Shown here: one piece after another, positions 28,744-38,000 of the stretch | Position numbering within the stretch: position 1 is the first letter of the stretch | How the letters are laid out: each line of letters opens with the position of its first letter | Source: Candidatus Doudnabacteria bacterium | Lineage (GTDB): Bacteria; Patescibacteriota; Doudnabacteria; UBA920; O2-02-FULL-48-8 | DNA: 64,000 nt | Reading direction: 5' to 3' | Assembly (NCBI GenBank): GCA_016182875.1 | Contig: JACPFQ010000004.1 | Span: forward strand, 259,515 to 323,514 | Translations under genes and position numbers: made by a program | Notes under the pieces: generated by a model | Told to the model about the DNA's origin: nothing | What the model saw: only the letters and a program-made list of their open reading frames with translations | Database searches by the model: none

Positions 28744-28938
28744 ATGCAGAAGAAGGCTACCGTCGGCGTGGAATCGTCCGTCGCAAGGCCTGTCGTTCGC
28801 ATCCGTTATTGGTGGGACCCGTGGTCGTTGCTTCCCCCAATGTCTGAAAAGACACACAGGCGGGTATGCAACACCCTCATGGTAATCGCCGCGGCCATTT
28901 TGTTAACATGGGTCGTCGGCGGATTCCTCTTCGAGTAA
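28744..28938 (+). CDS. array ORF10: small membrane protein (64 aa)
   Basis: RBS gagaggagag; C-terminal TM helix. Confidence 0.4.
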   Translation: MQKKATVGVESSVARPVVRIRYWWDPWSLLPPMSEKTHRRVCNTLMVIAAAILLTWVVGGFLFE

Positions 28939-29012
28939 TCCCTTCCCCGGGCGCTTCCCAGCGCGCCCAAGTACTTATACAAAAACCAACTTTATTAGCA
29001 AGGGGGGCTCCA

Positions 29013-29204
29013 ATGGAGCACGAAGCGCCTGACCTCTTGGTCGTCTTGAGGGTCTGCGCACCGATCGGCGTCGCCTTCGGCATTTATGGCATCATCAGCA
29101 ACTTGCCAATGATGCGAGAAGTGGCGACGATCTGTTTGCTCATATCGCTTGCGGTGTGGGCAGGGCCAATCGTGCGACGCATCAAGCGGAGGGGGGTGGG
29201 CTAG
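29013..29204 (+). CDS. array ORF11: small membrane protein (63 aa; internal start of track ORF 28866..29204)
   Basis: RBS gggggg then ATG at 29013; two TM helices. Confidence 0.4.
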   Translation: MEHEAPDLLVVLRVCAPIGVAFGIYGIISNLPMMREVATICLLISLAVWAGPIVRRIKRRGVG

Positions 29205-29393
29205 TACGGCCATTCCTCCTCCGGAAGTTTTCTTTAGATATCTGCCGGCGAATCTGACAAATTTTCTTTGAAGATTTATCAGATCTCCTGTTCGCCGGCA
29301 GATACTTGAAGAAAACCAAGCGCCTTTGACGAGGCGCTCTTTTTATGCTAAAGTTTTCAGGCAACTATCAACTATTAACTATAACCTAATTCG

Positions 29394-29591
29394 ATGGCTG
29401 TACCAAAAAAGCATAAAACTAGATCGGGCCGCAATCAACGGCGGGCTCATGACTTTTTGATTAAGACCAACTTGGCAGTTTGCAGCAACTGCAAATACCC
29501 CGTGATGCCGCATGAGGTTTGCCAGAACTGCGGATACTACAAAGGACGGCAGGTTTTGAGGATCAAGGCAAAAACTAAGGCATCGAAATAA
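29394..29591 (+). CDS. rpmF: 50S ribosomal protein L32
   Basis: 65 aa; MAVPKKHKTRSGRNQRRAHD...CSNC...CQNCGYYKG. Confidence 0.85.
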   Translation: MAVPKKHKTRSGRNQRRAHDFLIKTNLAVCSNCKYPVMPHEVCQNCGYYKGRQVLRIKAKTKASK

Positions 29592-29682
29592 TTTTAAATT
29601 TCGAGTTTTGAATTTCGAGTGAATTTTAGAATTTATAATAATTCGAAATTGAATCAAAATTCAAAATTATGAATTCATAATT

Positions 29683-30138
29683 ATGGCTAATAGGCACCTT
29701 TCCAGAACAATTGCGATGCAGTCGCTGTATGAGTGGGATTTCAACGACCGAGCCAAACCGCTTTCGGACATCACGCAGTACAATGTAAAGCAGTTCGCCC
29801 CGGGCCTCGATGATCCCGCTTTTATTTTTAATTTGATTAAGGGAGTGGAAGAGCATATGGCCGACATCGACAAGATAATCCAAGAGACCGCTCCCGAATG
29901 GCCGCTCGACCAGATCACGGTCGTGGACAGAAATATTCTCCGCCTGGGCATTTATGAATTGCTGTTCGCCCATGAAGTCCCGCCCAAGGTGGCGATCAAT
30001 GAAGCGGTGGAACTCGGCAAGGCGTTTGGCGGCGAGTCATCCGGTAAGTTTATCAACGGAGTACTGGGAACTTTATATAAGAATCTTCCGCAAGCGGAGC
30101 AAGACAAAGAAAAACCGGAAGATAGCGAAAAAGTTTGA
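29683..30138 (+). CDS. nusB: transcription antitermination factor NusB
   Basis: 151 aa; [17 protein letters not shown]... typical NusB helical fold signature. Confidence 0.8.
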   Translation: MANRHLSRTIAMQSLYEWDFNDRAKPLSDITQYNVKQFAPGLDDPAFIFNLIKGVEEHMADIDKIIQETAPEWPLDQITVVDRNILRLGIYELLFAHEVPPKVAINEAVELGKAFGGESSGKFINGVLGTLYKNLPQAEQDKEKPEDSEKV

Positions 30139-30280
30139 CCAGGTACTAGAAATTTGACTTAATTTTTCGACCACTTAAGATTTTGGCCTGCTCCTGGTCG
30201 AAAAATTATAGCGCGATATGTTTTTGATTGAGGATTCTTTGCATGAAAAACGTATCGCGGGTCAAAATTTCAGTACCTGG
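30139..30280. mobile_element. MITE-like element copy 2
   Basis: About 90% identical to 1564-1704 with the same terminal inverted repeats. Confidence 0.7.
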
Positions 30281-30362
30281 TTGACTGCTGTTTGCTCCCG
30301 TTATACAATAAAATAAATTAATAAGGCTTAACCGCGAGAGTTATTTCTCGCGGTTTAAATTT

Positions 30363-32525
30363 ATGAAAACAAAAATAGGTTTGATAGGTGCGATAAGTTT
30401 GGTAGGTCTGATAGGTCTGATGGGTCCAGTAAGTCGGGTTGAGGCTTCGTCCATGACTCATCTAGTCATAAATCAAATCCAAGTCGAAGGCGACGGCGGG
30501 AGCAATGACGAATTCATAGAAATTTACAACCCAACCGGTTCATCTGTTTCTCTGAACGGCTGGTCTTTGCAGTATAAATCTTCAAGCGGCAACTTTCCGC
30601 TGACTTCGGGAAAGAAAAATTTGCCGGATGCCATCGTAAACCCGGGCGGATATTTTCTTGTCGCGCACACTTCATATAATGGTTTAGTTGCGGCCGATCA
30701 TACTCACTCAAGTTTCACGTTGTCCGGCTCAAGCAGCGGCGCGACGATTTTTCTAGTCAACAGCACCAGTTTTCTTGTTTCGGGCAGTGATTCTTCGATT
30801 GTCGACAAACTTGGTTACGGCAGTTCTTCCAGCAACTCTCCGGAAGGAACCGCCGCTTCCGTACCGGCGTCAGAACAAGCGCTTATCAGGGGTACAGACA
30901 CCGACAATAACGCTTCAGATTTTACTATTGTGGCTTCCAATCCGCGAAATTCCGCCACTGATTCGCCAACTCCAAGTCCATCTCCAGCTCCAAGTCCGTC
31001 ACCGACACCAAGCCCCACCTCCACTCCCCAAGCTTATTCGGTATCAGTCAAAATTTCGGAATTTATGCCAAACCCGGAGGGCACAGATAGCGGCGAGGAG
31101 TGGGTTGAGCTTTATAACGATTCTGTTTCTTATGTTGAACTCAAAGGCTGGAAGCTGGATGATTCTTCACCGGATGGCAAGATCGGAACCTCTGCTGTTT
31201 TGCTTTCGGAATACACCATACCGCCGAAAGAATATCTAGTAATAAGTTTGGACGAAAGCGCTTTTGCTTTGAACAACAGCACTGATTCCGTGCGTCTGAT
31301 TTGGCCGGATGGGCAAGTGGCCGACGAGGTCAGCTACGAAGAAGCAAAAGAGGAAGAGTCGTACGCCAAACAGCCGGATAACATTTTTGCCTGGACCAGC
31401 AAAGTTACCAGAGGAGCGGTGAATCAATTCAGCCAGGCAACAAGTCCGTTAGGAGCGAGCAATCCCGCTGATTTTGGGATTAAAATCAATGAGATATTTC
31501 CCAATCCCGAAGGCGCTGATTCCGGCAAGGAATGGGTCGAAATAAAAAATCAGGGCGATGCCGCAGTTTCTTTGGATGGCTGGATTATCGATGATGGCAA
31601 GGTCGAGGATAAAATTGGCGCAAGCGCTTATACGATCAGTGGCGTAACGCTTAATCCTGGTCAAGTCGTGCAGATTATTCTTCCTTCTGGCTCGTTTGCC
31701 CTCAATAATAGCGGCAAAGAAACTGTAAGGATTTTCAATTCTTTTAAAACATTGATTAACAGCGTCGACTATGAGAATGCCGAGGAAGATTTGAGTTTTG
31801 GGTATAACAATGATACCTGGTCCTGGATGAAGCCAACGCCAAATCAGGCCAATATCGAAGCTTCTGAGGTTGAGCAGAAAGAAAAAGCCCAAATATTTAT
31901 TAACGAAGTTTTTCCAGAGCCCGAAAAAGGGGTTGAAGAGTTCGTGGAGCTTGTAAATTTGGGTAATGCGGCGGTGAATCTTTCCGGCTGGACTATTGCC
32001 GATAATGTTTCTGAGCATAAGCTTGCAGACCTAATAATTGAATCGGGACAACTGCTCGTCATCAGTAAAAGCCAAAGCAAGCTGTCGTTTAATAATTACG
32101 GGCAGGAAGTAGTCAGAATAAGCGACGAGCAAGGGGAAGTTATTGACGAGGTCGAATATGAAGATGCGCCAAAAAATCAGTCATATAATCTTATTGAGGG
32201 AAGTTTTGTTTGGTCGGAATTGGTGACACCAGGAAAAGCCAATCGCGTCAAGGTTCAAGAACAGCCGGAGGTGGTGCAGGCTGTTGAAGAAACCCCGGAA
32301 GAAGTTTTGGGACCGGAAATTTTGGAGTTGTCTGAAGTTGCAAACGAGGAGTTGCCGATTGCTACTATCTCTGAAGCTTCAGATTCAGGCAAAGTGGCCG
32401 GCGCTTCCGTTTCCGCTCCCAAGACCGATGTTAGCAAAAAATTCGGCGGCGGTTCTTTGTGGTTTTTGGCGGGCTTTGCCGCGGGCATATTTATTTGTTA
32501 TATTTATCTAAGGAAATTCACCTAA
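30363..32525 (+). CDS. surface protein with four lamin-tail-domain (LTD) repeats, signal peptide and C-terminal TM anchor
   Basis: 720 aa; repeated I(N/S)E(I/F)(F/M)PNPEG.DSG.EWVEL.N...V.L.GW motif; PT-rich linker. Confidence 0.65.
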   Translation: MKTKIGLIGAISLVGLIGLMGPVSRVEASSMTHLVINQIQVEGDGGSNDEFIEIYNPTGSSVSLNGWSLQYKSSSGNFPLTSGKKNLPDAIVNPGGYFLVAHTSYNGLVAADHTHSSFTLSGSSSGATIFLVNSTSFLVSGSDSSIVDKLGYGSSSSNSPEGTAASVPASEQALIRGTDTDNNASDFTIVASNPRNSATDSPTPSPSPAPSPSPTPSPTSTPQAYSVSVKISEFMPNPEGTDSGEEWVELYNDSVSYVELKGWKLDDSSPDGKIGTSAVLLSEYTIPPKEYLVISLDESAFALNNSTDSVRLIWPDGQVADEVSYEEAKEEESYAKQPDNIFAWTSKVTRGAVNQFSQATSPLGASNPADFGIKINEIFPNPEGADSGKEWVEIKNQGDAAVSLDGWIIDDGKVEDKIGASAYTISGVTLNPGQVVQIILPSGSFALNNSGKETVRIFNSFKTLINSVDYENAEEDLSFGYNNDTWSWMKPTPNQANIEASEVEQKEKAQIFINEVFPEPEKGVEEFVELVNLGNAAVNLSGWTIADNVSEHKLADLIIESGQLLVISKSQSKLSFNNYGQEVVRISDEQGEVIDEVEYEDAPKNQSYNLIEGSFVWSELVTPGKANRVKVQEQPEVVQAVEETPEEVLGPEILELSEVANEELPIATISEASDSGKVAGASVSAPKTDVSKKFGGGSLWFLAGFAAGIFICYIYLRKFT

Positions 32526-32531
32526 ACAATT

Positions 32532-32807
32532 ATGAACAAACAAGATCTTGTCGATACTTTGGCAAATAAAATCGGCGTGGCGAAATCCGACGCGGAAAAA
32601 ATGTTGGAGGGTTTAGTGGAAGTAATCACCCAAACTCTCAAAAGCGGCCAAGAAGTCAGCATTTCCGGGTTCGGCTCATTCGTGGTCAAAGAACGCTCGG
32701 CCAGAATGGGAGTCAATCCGCAGAATCCTGAGCAGAAAATTCAAATTGCGGCTACCAGGGTCCCCAAGTTCCGCGCCGGCAAAAACCTCAAGGATGCCGT
32801 GAGATAG
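32532..32807 (+). CDS. hup: DNA-binding protein HU
   Basis: 91 aa; MNKQDLVDTLA...GFGSF.V.ER.AR.GVNPQNPEQKIQI typical HU/IHF sequence. Confidence 0.85.
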   Translation: MNKQDLVDTLANKIGVAKSDAEKMLEGLVEVITQTLKSGQEVSISGFGSFVVKERSARMGVNPQNPEQKIQIAATRVPKFRAGKNLKDAVR

Positions 32808-32809
32808 CC

Positions 32810-32838
32810 CCGCGAAAGCGGGGATTTATTTTATCGCC
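32810..32838 (+). terminator. rho-independent terminator after the HU gene
   Basis: ccccgcgaaagcgggg followed by atttatttt. Confidence 0.6.
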
Positions 32839-32898
32839 TTGACCAATAGACGGGAGCTTTGCTAATATCTAGAGTTCCTTATTATTAAAGGAAAGTCT

Positions 32899-33354
32899 AT
32901 GAGCAAAGCCAAATTTGTAGTGTTTAGCCTGGCTTTCATGCTGGTGTTCGGCATGTGGGGGCATGCCTCTGCGGCCGTCGTGATTATGCCGGGGGACCTT
33001 GTCAAAACACAAAACAGTTCAGTGGTCTTCTACATGGACGATGCCAAACAAAATCTACCGCTGGATGCTTCTGGGTTTGCCATCAGATATGGAAGCGACT
33101 TCAGTAAAATAAAAATTGTGGCTGAGTCTGACATTAAACCTTACACCGGGCACAATTTTTTGAACCGGATGCTGTCGGTGCCGGAAGGAAGCCTGATAAT
33201 GTATTATCCGGACCCAACTGTGTATCTGGTCAAGAATGGCATGAAGCAGCCGTTCACCTCCTGGCAGGCGTTTACCAGCAGGGGATATAAGTCGTCTGAC
33301 ATCAAGCTTGTCGGCACGTATCACGTTTACGCCACCGGCCCAAATTTGAACTAA
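32899..33354 (+). CDS. secreted protein carrying two copies of the roughly 45-aa module shared with the giant surface proteins
   Basis: Signal peptide; TVYLVKNGMKQPFTSWQAFTSRGYKSSDIKLV matches the repeat found in ORFs 35045, 44307 and 46882. Confidence 0.5.
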   Translation: MSKAKFVVFSLAFMLVFGMWGHASAAVVIMPGDLVKTQNSSVVFYMDDAKQNLPLDASGFAIRYGSDFSKIKIVAESDIKPYTGHNFLNRMLSVPEGSLIMYYPDPTVYLVKNGMKQPFTSWQAFTSRGYKSSDIKLVGTYHVYATGPNLN

Positions 33355-33359
33355 GTAAA

Positions 33360-33390
33360 AAACCGCCGGCAACCCGGCGGTTTAAGTTTG
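33360..33390 (+). terminator. rho-independent terminator
   Basis: accgccgg caac ccggcggt followed by a T-rich tract. Confidence 0.5.
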
Positions 33391-33436
33391 TCTAATTTTT
33401 GGTGTAATTACGCTATTTGTTAGACACAAGGCATTC

Positions 33437-33470
33437 GGTACCTAAAATAGCCATGGCTAATATAGGTACC
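33437..33470. repeat. 34-bp perfect palindrome ggtacctaaaatagccatggctaatataggtacc (copy 2)
   Basis: Paralog of 11031-11064. Confidence 0.6.
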
Positions 33471-33523
33471 AGTCGTGTTGTTTTGCCTTCTAATCATATT
33501 ATTAATTCTCTAGCAAATTTTAC

Positions 33524-33659
33524 TGGTCGGGGTGCTGGGAATTGCCGCCTCACTTCGTGAGGCGAGCCACGCCCATCTTCGATGGGCGGGAACCCGTCTA
33601 TCCCGCACCAAAAGCTTCGCTTTGGTATGGGGCATGCCTGCTCTTCAGCCTGAAATTTT
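33524..33659. other. partial duplicate of the tRNA-Pro 3' end (22 bp) followed by three UUCG-capped hairpins
   Basis: tggtcggggtgctgggaattg versus tRNA 3' end tggtcggggagccgggaatcg; hairpins gcctcac-ttcg-tgaggc, cgcccatc-ttcg-atgggcg, ccaaaagc-ttcg-ctttgg. Confidence 0.4.
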
Positions 33660-33733
33660 TGGTCGGGGAGCCGGGAATCGAACCCGGTCTATCTGCTCCC
33701 AAAGCAGACGTACTACCGGTATACTACTCCCCG
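33660..33733 (-). tRNA. tRNA-Pro (anticodon TGG)
   Basis: 74 nt with encoded CCA; acceptor CGGGGAG/CTCCCCG; anticodon loop TTTGGGA; T-arm CCGGG-TTCGATT-CCCGG; flanked by inverted repeat agcctgaaattttt / aaaaatttcaggct. Confidence 0.85.
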
Positions 33734-33897
33734 GAAAAATTTCAGGCTGCCTACCAGGCGTATTTACCCCGTAGTGAACCGAAGGTTCTACTACGGGGCT
33801 ACCGGTATACGACACCCCGCCTTCGCTAAAGCTTCGGCGGGCAAGCCCGTTAGATGTCACAAAAGCCTACGCAATATTATATGTTATACTGGCACTT

Positions 33898-34500
33898 ATG
33901 AAAAGAGTTTGGGAATTTTATAGAGACCTGCTTTGGCAGAATAGGGGAGTGCTGCGGAAGGTGATAATTTTATTTCTCGTATCAATTGCCGCGGGAGCGG
34001 TGCTTTTTTTCTATGACCAAACACTGCTTGATAAAATTGTTGCTATGTTCGAAGAAAAATTCGGAGCGGATAGAGCGCTTGACCTAAGTTTGGCCATAGA
34101 TATTTTCAGGCAAAATCTTATAGCCTCGCTTATAGCGCTAATCGGCGGAGTCATTTTGGGTATTACTCCGGTACTGCTGGTGGGCCTCAACGGACTCCTT
34201 TTGGGCTATGTAGTGACTTCGATATTTGTTTTGATGCCGGGAAGTATAATGGATAGCCTTACTTTTGCATCTAAAGGACTTCTGCCCCATGCGATATTTG
34301 AGGTTCCAGAATTTCTGATTGTTTCCGCGTTCGGTTTAGTACTCGGTACGCGCTGGCTTAAGAGAGAATCAGCTGGGAAGCGAAAACAGGTTTTGAAAGA
34401 AGATTTTATAAAGGCGTTAAAAATTGTGCCGTTAGCTATTATTTTGCTTATAGCGGCAGCCTTGGCAGAAGTTTTTGTTTCGGGAAATTTAATAAAATAA
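33898..34500 (+). CDS. SpoIIM / DUF95 family membrane protein
   Basis: 200 aa polytopic; LPHAIFEVPEFLIVSAFG motif. Confidence 0.6.
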   Translation: MKRVWEFYRDLLWQNRGVLRKVIILFLVSIAAGAVLFFYDQTLLDKIVAMFEEKFGADRALDLSLAIDIFRQNLIASLIALIGGVILGITPVLLVGLNGLLLGYVVTSIFVLMPGSIMDSLTFASKGLLPHAIFEVPEFLIVSAFGLVLGTRWLKRESAGKRKQVLKEDFIKALKIVPLAIILLIAAALAEVFVSGNLIK

Positions 34501-34562
34501 AGGTTTTGTTGATAAAATGTGAATAAGTTAATTTTATCTATCTTTGCCTATCAATAACCTTG

Positions 34563-34679
34563 TGGAGCGGGATGCGGGAATCGCCCGGTCATTCGATCCG
34601 GTCATGCGACCGGACTGCTTGACCCCGTCGAATGACGGGGCCGGGCGTCAGGTCGGATGACCTGACGAACAGCACTTCT
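34563..34679. other. partial duplicate of the tRNA-Gly 3' end followed by a hairpin-rich insert
   Basis: tggagcgggatgcgggaatcg versus tggagcgagcagggggaatcg; small palindromes ccggtcattcga... Confidence 0.4.
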
Positions 34680-34753
34680 TGGAGCGAGCAGGGGGAATCG
34701 AACCCCCGGCATCAGGTTGGAAACCTGAGGTATTGCCACTATACGATACTCGC
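34680..34753 (-). tRNA. tRNA-Gly (anticodon TCC)
   Basis: 74 nt; acceptor GCGAGTA/TGCTCGC; anticodon stem TCAGG/CCTGA with loop TTTCCAA; T-arm CGGGGG-TTCGATT-CCCCC; CCA encoded. Confidence 0.85.
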
Positions 34754-34834
34754 ATTAAAAGCCTAAAGCACAAGATATACTAGCAAAATACCTAGCCTTT
34801 TTCAATCCCGCACCAGATACTGGTGCGGGATTGC

Positions 34835-34864
34835 TTGACATTTTGGGGTTGTTTTCTTTATAAT
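34835..34864 (+). promoter_or_regulatory. sigma70-like promoter (TTGACA-18-TATAAT) upstream of giant gene 35045
   Basis: ttgaca at 34835-34840, tataat at 34859-34864; preceded by hairpin atcccgcaccag...ggtgcgggat. Confidence 0.45.
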
Positions 34865-35044
34865 GTAGAAACGTTTGTTTGTAACTATTACAGGCAAACG
34901 TGCGTCTTAGCTTATGGAATATGGAATCTTAAAGCGGACACTGTGTCCGGTCATTCGACCGGATTGGTCGGTCTTTGTCTTAACAACTGATTTCAATTCC
35001 ATACAAATTAAAGAATGTTTATAGGTCGTCTTTCCAATATTTGA

Positions 35045-38000
35045 TTGATTGTCTCATATGAACAATTAATCCTAATTCAGGAAAGCACTTATAAACAGGA
35101 GATAATAATGCACACTAGCGAATTAACTCTCACTGCGCGAAAAGGCATTGCACTGGGTTTGGCTGTTTCCACTTTGCTGTGGGCCGCCACTCTTTGGGCA
35201 CTGCCTGCTTTTGTTTCCGCAGCACCCCACTCTGATGGTTGCTTGATCAACTCATCCGGCACCATTTATCTGGTCACTGGCGGTCAAAAGAGAGGTTTCC
35301 CGACCGCTGAAGTTTTTGCCTCACACGGCTACAGCTTCAGCCAAGTCGTGGCTGCCTCATCCGAAGACACTCAAGCCATGGGTCCGGTAATGGTTTACGC
35401 CGATGGGACATTGGTCAAGGGCCCGTCTGACCCTCTGGTCTACTTGGTAGCCAACGGTCAAAAGAGAGGCTTTGTGTCTGGCTCGGTCTTTACCGGTCTT
35501 GGCTTTAGCTTTGCCAGTATCGTGACTGCCGCCACCAACACTTTTGCCGATCTGCCAATGGGCGCCAACCTCGAGTCCGCTACCGAGCGCCACACAGCTG
35601 GCGTCTTGGCCAAGGATTCAACCGGCACTGTTTGGCAAATGACTGCCACCGGCCGAAAAGGCGTTCCTTCCATGGAAGTCTTTAACTCCTATGGCTGGTC
35701 ATGGTCCAATGTGGTTGCTGCCAACGCTGCTGACACTGCCGCTGCGAATGAAGGCGTAGTTGCCGCCCGAGCATCCTGCTCAACCGGCGCCACACCTCCT
35801 CCTCCGCCAGCAGGCACTATGTCAGTCAGCCTTGCTTCCAACAACCCTGTTGCCGGCACAGTAATTGCCGGCCAAGGTGTGGCAGATCTTGCTCACTTTA
35901 GCTTCTCAGGCTCTGGTAAAGTAACCAGCGTTGTCTTGAAGCGATTGGGTGTATCATCCGACACCACCTTGTCTGCAGTTTATCTGTATGACGGTTATGT
36001 CCGATTGACTGATTCTGCCACCGTTTCTTCTGGCACCATCACTTTCAACAACACCGCGGGACTCTTCACCGTGGCAGGTTCCAGAACAGTCACAGTGCGC
36101 TCCAACATCGCGGCCAGTACATCCGGCCAGACTGTGGGCGTGCAATTGTTCTCAGCCGCGGCTGACGTCGGCACCGTGTCAGGCTCTCCGCTTTCCGGAA
36201 ACATGCACACTGTGGCTGCCGCTCCAAGCAACTTCGCGACTGTTGACTTTAATGCCACTACCACTCCGTCCAATGCCACAATCTCACCGCAAGATGATTA
36301 CACCATGTGGCAGAACGTGGTCACGGTGGGCAATACCAAAGTCAGATTGTATGCGTTCAAACTGCGACAAGTTGGTTCAGTCGTAGCTTCAGATCTTCAG
36401 AACTTTGATCTGTTTGTTGACGGCACCAAGGTCGCCTCAGTTGCGGCTTTGGATTCCGAAGGCTATGCCAACTTCGATCTTTCAGCCGCTCCGGTCACAC
36501 TAGAAACCGGCTCTAGAACGATCAAGATGTTGGGCGACATAATTGGCGGTTCCAACCGCAACTTCGCCTTCAGCTTGCGCCAAGCGGTTGATGGCTTCTT
36601 CGTGGATAACGACTTCAACCAGGGAGTCCTTCCGACCGCTGCCAGCGCCACTTTCTCGGCGCGCGGCAACACCGATGATAACTTGCAGACGATTAGCACT
36701 GGCACCATCACCTTCACCAAGCGGGCTGATTCCCCGTCCGGCAACGTCGTGAATGCCGCCTCCAATGTTTTGCTGGCGAAATTCGACGTCAAGGCTGCGG
36801 GTGAATCCATGAAGGTGGAAACCCTTCGCGTGCGAATTGATGATGACGACGGCGACGAGATGACCCTGCGCAACGGCGCTTTGTATCTCGACGGCGCTCA
36901 GATCGGCTCCACAGCCGCCATTTCCGGCGACACCGGCACCGACCCTGACTACACCGAATACACCTTCGGCTCATCGTTCATCGTGGTCCCCGGCACCCCG
37001 CGCGTGCTCGAAGTCAAAGCAGATATCTTTGACAATGACGGCACCAACAGCGTGGCTGCCAGCGACACTTACCAGGTGGAAATCATTGGTTCGGCCAACG
37101 TCCAAAGATTGACTTCATTGGGCTACGTTTCCGCTCCTTCGACCGCAGCCGAGGCCAACACCTTGACTGTGGCCACGGGTTCGCTGACCGCTGCTCTTGA
37201 TACTTCACTCGCTAATCACACGATTGTGGCTCCTAAGTATGGCTACATGATTGGCAAGTACACGATCCAGCAAACGACCACCGAAGGCGCCAACATCACC
37301 AGCGTTGTCGTTGACTTCGACGAAAAAGCTGATGCCTTTGATGGCTCAGACGACTTAACCAACCTCTACATTAAGATGGGCTCTTACACCTCGCCCATCA
37401 AGGCGACAGTCACGGATACGGGCAATACGTTCTCAACCAATGTCGCGATTGCTGCCGGCCAGGTCATGGCTCTGGAGGTTTACGCCGATGTTGCTGCTTC
37501 CGCCACCAATGGTGACGGCACAGCCGACACGATTGAAAGCTCGGTAACCGTGGCTTCCACCACTACACAATCCAGCACCTCTGCCACTGCCGACGAAGTT
37601 GATGGCCAGACCATCACAGCCGGCGCCGGCACGTTTGCCACTGCCGTGGCTCCTGACACACCAGTCAATAGGATCACTTATGGCAACCAGGAAGTGGAAG
37701 CGGCCCGATTCAAGATCACTGCCACCAATGAGACCTACACTCTGCGCCAGTGGAACATGAAGGTTGGCGCATCGCCAATCTCATCCGCTATCGTGGAAGC
37801 CAGGCTCTACTATGGCTCGACCTTGCTCGGCTCCGCTCCATTCTCTGTCACCAGCAACACAATTGCTCAAATTACTGGGCTTGAGTCTAAGGCTGAAGCC
37901 GTGGTTGCGGCCAATACCAGCAGGACCTTCTCGGTCAAGCTGCTGCTCAACCAAATCGGCGGAAACTATGGCACTTCCCAGCAAAACGTGGCTGTCACTT

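Noticed and set aside
23479-29204. Calling the cassette array a classical integron with attC sites
   Set aside because: No intI in the window. The repeat ends do not show canonical GTTRRRY / RYYYAAC core sites. The repeats sit tightly upstream of ORFs rather than directly after the preceding stop codons. Kept as an integron-like hypothesis only.
23479-29204. CRISPR array
   Set aside because: The repeats are 48-230 bp and variable, the intervening units are 250-600 bp and contain ORFs with RBSs, and there are no cas genes.
29592-29682. AT-rich palindromic tract between rpmF and nusB as a mobile element
   Set aside because: Short and low-complexity (attcgaaatt / ttttgaatttcgag motifs). It has no second copy with matching ends, so it is more likely an ordinary promoter or terminator spacer.
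33524-33659. An additional tRNA, tmRNA or SRP RNA between the palindrome and tRNA-Pro
   Set aside because: No acceptor-stem complementarity could be found on either strand. No SRP domain IV motif, tmRNA tag reading frame or RNase P conserved blocks were found. The segment is best explained as a tRNA 3'-end duplicate plus UUCG hairpins.
33542-33829. Track ORFs 33532..33774 and 33542..33829
   Set aside because: They overlap tRNA-Pro and the structured repeat region. Their translation is driven by tRNA sequence, so they are spurious.
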